Assembly: GCA_010093745.1 (NCBI GenBank)
Contig: MU006020.1
Location: 1 to 64,000, forward strand
Reading direction: 5' to 3'
Length of the DNA: 64,000 bases
Source: Piedraia hortae CBS 480.64
Lineage: Eukaryota
Positions 59,176 through 64,000 of this stretch are shown one piece after another (position 1 is the first letter of the stretch; each line of letters begins with the position of its first letter). Below the pieces are notes generated by a model, which worked only from the letters and a program-made list of their open reading frames with translations, was not told the origin of the DNA and did no database searches. Position numbers and translations under genes: made by a program.

Positions 59176-59972
59176 TCATATCCCGCAGTATGTCTTACCA
59201 AGAGGCGTCAGACAGCCCTCGTCATCGATCATTCTCGCAAATTTGCCCACCGTTCCGCAATTTCTCATCGCTCCAAACCAGGCATACTTTTCTACCCAGT
59301 CAAGCGAGTCGAGGTATTTGCAGCTCTCTCGTGCAAAGTCCTCGACATGTCCTTTATCTAGTGGAGCGCTTTCGTTCCAGTTTGTGCCTCTATGGTTAGT
59401 TTCCCAACCCCAAGTGGACAAGAAGACTCACAAGCAAACTCTGTAATCCACACAGGCTTCTTCTGGTCAGGCAGCTGATAATAAGCCGACCAGATGTAGT
59501 CGTAGAACTGCCCGAGTTCTGATCCATACCAGTGTAGGCAGTAGAAGTCTACATCACTGCCGCCTTCTTTGATTCTCCTCAAAAAATCATTGAGCCAGCC
59601 AACGGCATGTCCCGCAGATGATATTCCAGGACTGCCGCATTTGATGCCCCGTTCTTTGCGGAGAGGTTCGATGACCCTGAGCCACTCATTTGCGGCAAGC
59701 TCGGCTGTCATGTTGCTCTGATCCGGCAGTTCTGGTTCATTGAAACCGAGCAACACTTCTGCATTGCAATCAGAAAGCTTGGCAGGGAGGTCATCGATGT
59801 TCACATTATTCCACTGCATGGGCGCAAAGCTGAGCGGGCAGTCTGTCGTCTGACCGGGGGACCAGTTGTAGAGCCAAGACACCTTAGACCCATCGCAGCA
59901 GAACAGCTTTACTGGATCTGTATTCTCTTTGGGCCATGCTAGACCGCGCTTAGTCGATCCACAGGGCGCCAT
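59176..59972 (-). CDS. GH128 (Glyco_hydro_cc / Asl1-like) glycoside hydrolase, 250 aa; intron 59431-59388
   Basis: KRGLAW, SWLYNWS, PMQW, LLGFNEP, LHWY, PVWITEFA, VEKYAWFG; no signal peptide. Confidence 0.88.
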
Positions 59973-60971
59973 GATGGATCAATCTCGCCATCTATACTTT
60001 TATCCTTCAAGGAAGACGATTGCAAAACATAATCCTAATCCTAACCCTATTGTGGCTGCCATCTTGCCGCCAGACGCACGGCGATGCTGATTGCACGAGA
60101 CGTTGTGAAGATCGACGCCAGGATGGCGTATGTCAGGTGAGAGAGGATTTCTACATCTGAAACGGGAAAATAAGATCGTATCATGGCGGGGCCCCCTTTG
60201 TCTTTGCAAGCTGTCAAAAGTGTAGCCGGCCGGCAGAACAGGGAGCATTGCTGCCCGTTCCCGGTCGGTGACGTGCATGTACACTGCCGGTTTCGTGTCT
60301 ATCCGAATGCCGCTCGGAGAACGTCGTTTTGAGATGACAGCAGATGTACTGTAGATTTCGGCCATTGTGCAAGAACTACAGAGTAGAGGGAGAGAGCCTT
60401 TGAATTCCCAAGACTGGGAGACGAAAGAATGTACGTTACTGGGCCCATAGGTAAAGTGTCATGAGGCCAATTTGGTAACGTGTGCTCTGAGATGAGCACT
60501 TTATAAAAGAAACATATCCGCCGTGGCTTGATTACACCCGACGAAAGCGCCGGTGATTACTTCGTTTCTCCTAGCAAGCGGATGGCATGGCTCTGGGTGC
60601 ACACAGTGTCTACTTTTCCGGGTACAGTAAGTATCTAATTGGCGCTGGGAGTCGTTCATCTAGACGTGAAGAATGTTGTGCTACACTTCACACGAGACTG
60701 CAATGAGGACAGCCCATTAGGAGCGCGCCGTGGCGTCCCACCTGTTCGCGAGTTCAAGAGGCTGACGAGCCGGTAGCCTGGGCCCTTCTAATGGCAAAGC
60801 CGCCGGACGGGGGCTGATTGCACGATGACCAACCAACAAAGACCGGAACGGTCTCAGGCTCTGACATGCGGGTCACAGCTGCGGCACGCAAGACCCTGCG
60901 CGGCTATTGACGTTTGGAAGATTCCTTTTATCTTTATCATTTCGTGTCTGTTCCACTCAGTCTCTTCCTAC

Positions 60972-61814
60972 ATGTTTCTGCCCTTGGAAAGCCCAGTGAG
61001 CCCCCAGGCCGAGTTGCTGAACGCGCTGGGAGTGTGAGTCGATCAATTGGCCTGTAATCAAATCTGACTGGACAGACTGTTGGTCAATGGAAAGTTCTCA
61101 GACCTACGGCTCGTCTGCAACAGTCGGCAGTGGGCAGTACATAGGGCATTGCTGTGTTCAAGAAGCAGCTTCTTCGATGCCGCCTGCAGCCATGCGTTTC
61201 GTGAAGCCAGGGACCTTGTCGTTGACCTAAGCGACGACGATGAGGAGGCCGTGGAGCAGATGATTTGCTACTTTTACCGTCTCGACTACGATATTCAAGA
61301 GCAGACTCCAACCGTCGAGCTAAGACATCGTTCTCGCCGGCCAAAGAAGGTTGACTTTAGCCAAATTCGAGACCCTCTGCTCGAAATGGCTGGCCTCTCT
61401 CCACCGAGCAGTCCTTGCTGTTCGCCCAGACAAGACACTCCTCCACCTCAGAGTACCATTATGGAGACGGACAACAGGCCTCCCAAGCTGCTCCTGCATG
61501 TGCGTGTGTACGCGCTAGCCGAAAAGTACGACATTCCTGGACTCAAAGAGCTGGCGCGGTCCAAGTTTGAAATATCGCTTGCCTGTCACTACGACTCGCC
61601 CGAGGTGCCTGAAGCGATAGAGGAAGTTTACTGTTCCACGATCGACTCGGACCGTGGGCTTCGAGATGTCATCGTGCAGCTGTTTATGCAGCATCCATTA
61701 CTCGCCACAACGCCAGCCGTCCGGGCGCTGCTTGACGACATGTCACCCTTTATGGATGATATCAGGCAGCACTTTGGGTGCAGTCCTGCAGCGATACCAG
61801 TGCACAGCATCTGA
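60972..61814 (+). CDS. BTB/POZ domain protein; intron 61034-61075
   Basis: KFSDLRLVC..AVHRALLCSRSSFF..F.EA..LSDDD..YFYRLDY; HVRVYALAEKYDIPGLK. Confidence 0.88.
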
Positions 61815-62206
61815 TGTGATACGAGCACCACATATGCCCCATGTTCCTTCCGGTCGCACGACAGCCGGGTACCCCCGGTCTTCCCCAGACTTGATCCCAG
61901 AAATGGATTCAAGATGGATCCCAGTAAAGGCCTGCTGCCGGAAATACATTAGGAGAGAAACTCTCCGGAGATTTGGCAAGAAACACGGCAATTTAATTTC
62001 TAAATACGGACAAAGAGGGCCGCAAGATGGCCTACATCCTCCTTTTCCCCTGTCCTCTCCTTTTCTCCTACGCACACTCGTTTGCTCACCACAGTCGTTC
62101 GTTTGGTTCATAATTATCCATAACTCTACTGCTTTATTATTCTGGTCCAGCCTCAGCAACTCAGCAACAGCAAAAACCGCAATCTTTTTAATCTGCTCCA
62201 GCAACA

Positions 62207-63211
62207 ATGTATACACACGCCACTGCCTTGCTCTCGCTGATCAGTGTCGCCGCCGCCGCCATTGATGGGCTCACCGCGCCGCAGAAAGTCAAAGCCGACG
62301 ATGACTTCCAAATCACGTTCAAAGATGCCGACGATGTCAACTACCGTGTCTTCCTCGGCGCCGCACTCGCCGGAGCCAACGGCCCAACCTGTAAGTCCAT
62401 CCCATCCCACCCAAAGGGACCCTACCAACGCCTCCCCCCAGGTTTCCTCAAAAACAGCACGAAACTCTCCAGCCCCATGACCCTCAAGATCCCCAAGACC
62501 GTCGGTCCCTCAGCGGACTACTACTCGATCGCGGTCCAAGACATCAGCAAAGACAACAACCCGGTGACCTTCTCCAACAAATTCCACTTGGACGGCGCGG
62601 ACGGGAACTACACCGATTACGAGAACAAACTTGGCGGGGCCATGTTCTGGGATCCCAACACCCTCCCCTGCGACAGCTACGACTGCGCTCGTAAATGTGC
62701 AATGGACAACTACCCGCAAGACTTGAACGACAAATCCGCCCAAGGCAAAATGGATGCCTGCATCCTCAAATGTCCTGGCGTCTCCATGTCCGACGAAGTC
62801 ACCAACAGCCAAAACGGCACGGACTCATCCGACGCAGTCGTGACCATCACCTCCGGAGTCGTCATGACCGCCATCGAAACGACAGCCACCACAGGCGGCA
62901 GCACAATCACCGAAGCCGTCCTAGGAAGCAACACCCTCGTCCTCGGAGGTCCCGCAGCTACAATCTCCGGGGAAGCAGTCTCCCTCGCCTCCGGCGGCGT
63001 TGTCGTTGGAAAAGAAACAGCTGCTTTCTCCGGCGCGACGGAATCCGGTGCGGCTGCTACTTCGGGAGGAAGCGATGGTAGTGCGAAGGAGTCGGGTGCT
63101 GCGGCCCCCTCCCAGTCGGGTAAGGGGGATAAGAAGAGTGATGCGTCGAAGGTTGTAATTGCCGGGGGGATCTCTCTGGCCGCATTCGTGGGAGCGTTGA
63201 TCGTGGTTTAA
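62207..63211 (+). CDS. Secreted, probably GPI-anchored Ser/Thr-rich protein; in-frame intron 62391-62441 likely
   Basis: Signal peptide, Cys cluster LPCDSYDCARKC, S/T/G-rich tail, hydrophobic C-terminus. Confidence 0.85.
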   Translation: MYTHATALLSLISVAAAAIDGLTAPQKVKADDDFQITFKDADDVNYRVFLGAALAGANGPTCKSIPSHPKGPYQRLPPGFLKNSTKLSSPMTLKIPKTVGPSADYYSIAVQDISKDNNPVTFSNKFHLDGADGNYTDYENKLGGAMFWDPNTLPCDSYDCARKCAMDNYPQDLNDKSAQGKMDACILKCPGVSMSDEVTNSQNGTDSSDAVVTITSGVVMTAIETTATTGGSTITEAVLGSNTLVLGGPAATISGEAVSLASGGVVVGKETAAFSGATESGAAATSGGSDGSAKESGAAAPSQSGKGDKKSDASKVVIAGGISLAAFVGALIVV

Positions 63212-63603
63212 AGGGGAATCAGACTCTTGCATGGCATGGCTGTGGTGTTTTTTTTGTGGTTTCTTTTTCCGTTTGTGTAATACCCTTTTTTTTTTCTAAA
63301 GATGCGGCTTATATGAGATATTGTTTGTTTTGTCTAAGCGTCTCGAGGGTTGTTGTGTTCGTGGTCGTTGCGACTGATGGCAAGTCGAGGTGGTTGACTG
63401 GCCGTAGCATTCCTTTGTAGATGTAGTAACGGACTCAAAGGCAAGCTGAGGTTGTTGAACACTGTCGCGATATCCCTTCCATAGCCAGTGGTCACGCTCA
63501 CCGAGAGGTGGACAGGATGATCCTCGTCACCAACTGCGTCACCAACTGCATCACAACTCATGCACTTTATATAATAAGTTACAACAGTCCATTAATATAG
63601 AAA

Positions 63604-63693
63604 GGACCCTTGGCGCAGTGGTAGCGTATCTGATTCCAGTTATCTGAAATTGGGATATCCAGAGGGTCGGGCGTTCAAGTCGCCCAGGGTTCA
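63604..63693 (+). tRNA. tRNA-Trp(CCA) with ~18-nt intron (63640-63657)
   Basis: Acceptor GGACCCT/AGGGTTC, D-arm TGGCGCAGTGGTAGCGT, anticodon TT-CCA-G, T-arm GGGCG-TTCAAGT-CGCCC, downstream oligo-T terminator. Confidence 0.9.
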
Positions 63694-64000
63694 CGATTTT
63701 TTTTCTCTCCTGCCTCATTGCAGGAGAAGAGTGGGAATTGATGGGTTTGCTACGGGTTACATTGATGTCAAACTGCTGCAATAAGGACGAAGTTACGGGA
63801 CAATGTGTAACGGGAACATCCCTCACGCTGTCAATCTCGAAACTGCCCATGATTCGCAGCCCTGGATGCTTCATACGATTCCCAACGAGAGTGACTTTCA
63901 GTGACTGCTTCCATGGATAGCTTTTTCAAAGAAAAGCACGGAATTGGTACAAAGGATCAAATACCAAGTACTGAGTTGAGCATCCACAGCGTGATTCGAT

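Noticed and set aside
60030..60050. Telomere-like taatcctaatcctaacccta
   Set aside because: Only one true CCCTAA-like unit; too short
63604..63693. UGA-readthrough tRNA-Trp with 4-bp anticodon stem
   Set aside because: The known mechanism unpairs the top pair (27-43), which is intact here; the NLR-B stop is TAA anyway

Overview
This is a fungal (Pezizomycotina, probably a compact Dothideomycete-type) nuclear window. Dense, intron-poor housekeeping blocks alternate with degraded, repeat-rich islands. Intact genes: SND2/TMEM208, CDC27, YAF9, SMC3, a hypothetical protein, RIO1, ATG17, SconB/MET30, DOA1, a GH128 glucanase, a BTB protein, a GPI-anchored protein, a small secreted orphan and an intron-containing tRNA-Trp. 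The centre (30-50 kb) holds a convergent pair of paralogous NACHT-WD40 NLR genes with identical intron positions. One copy is intact; the other has a single TAA just before Walker A. The islands hold remnants of MULE, Gypsy gag, Copia RT, a telomere-linked-helicase-like gene and three copies of a eukaryotic integrase-core element. They also hold LTR-like repeats (one solo LTR with a perfect 5-bp TSD), decayed host-gene fragments (cyclin B, amidase, kinase) and two pseudogenes of an unrecognised spliced gene family. Other patterns: recurrent C/A-to-G/T strand-skew flips inside genes, TCACA-rich promoter tracts, a 29-bp minisatellite upstream of one NLR and a perfect 17-bp hairpin. All calls come from reading motifs by eye; no searches were run.
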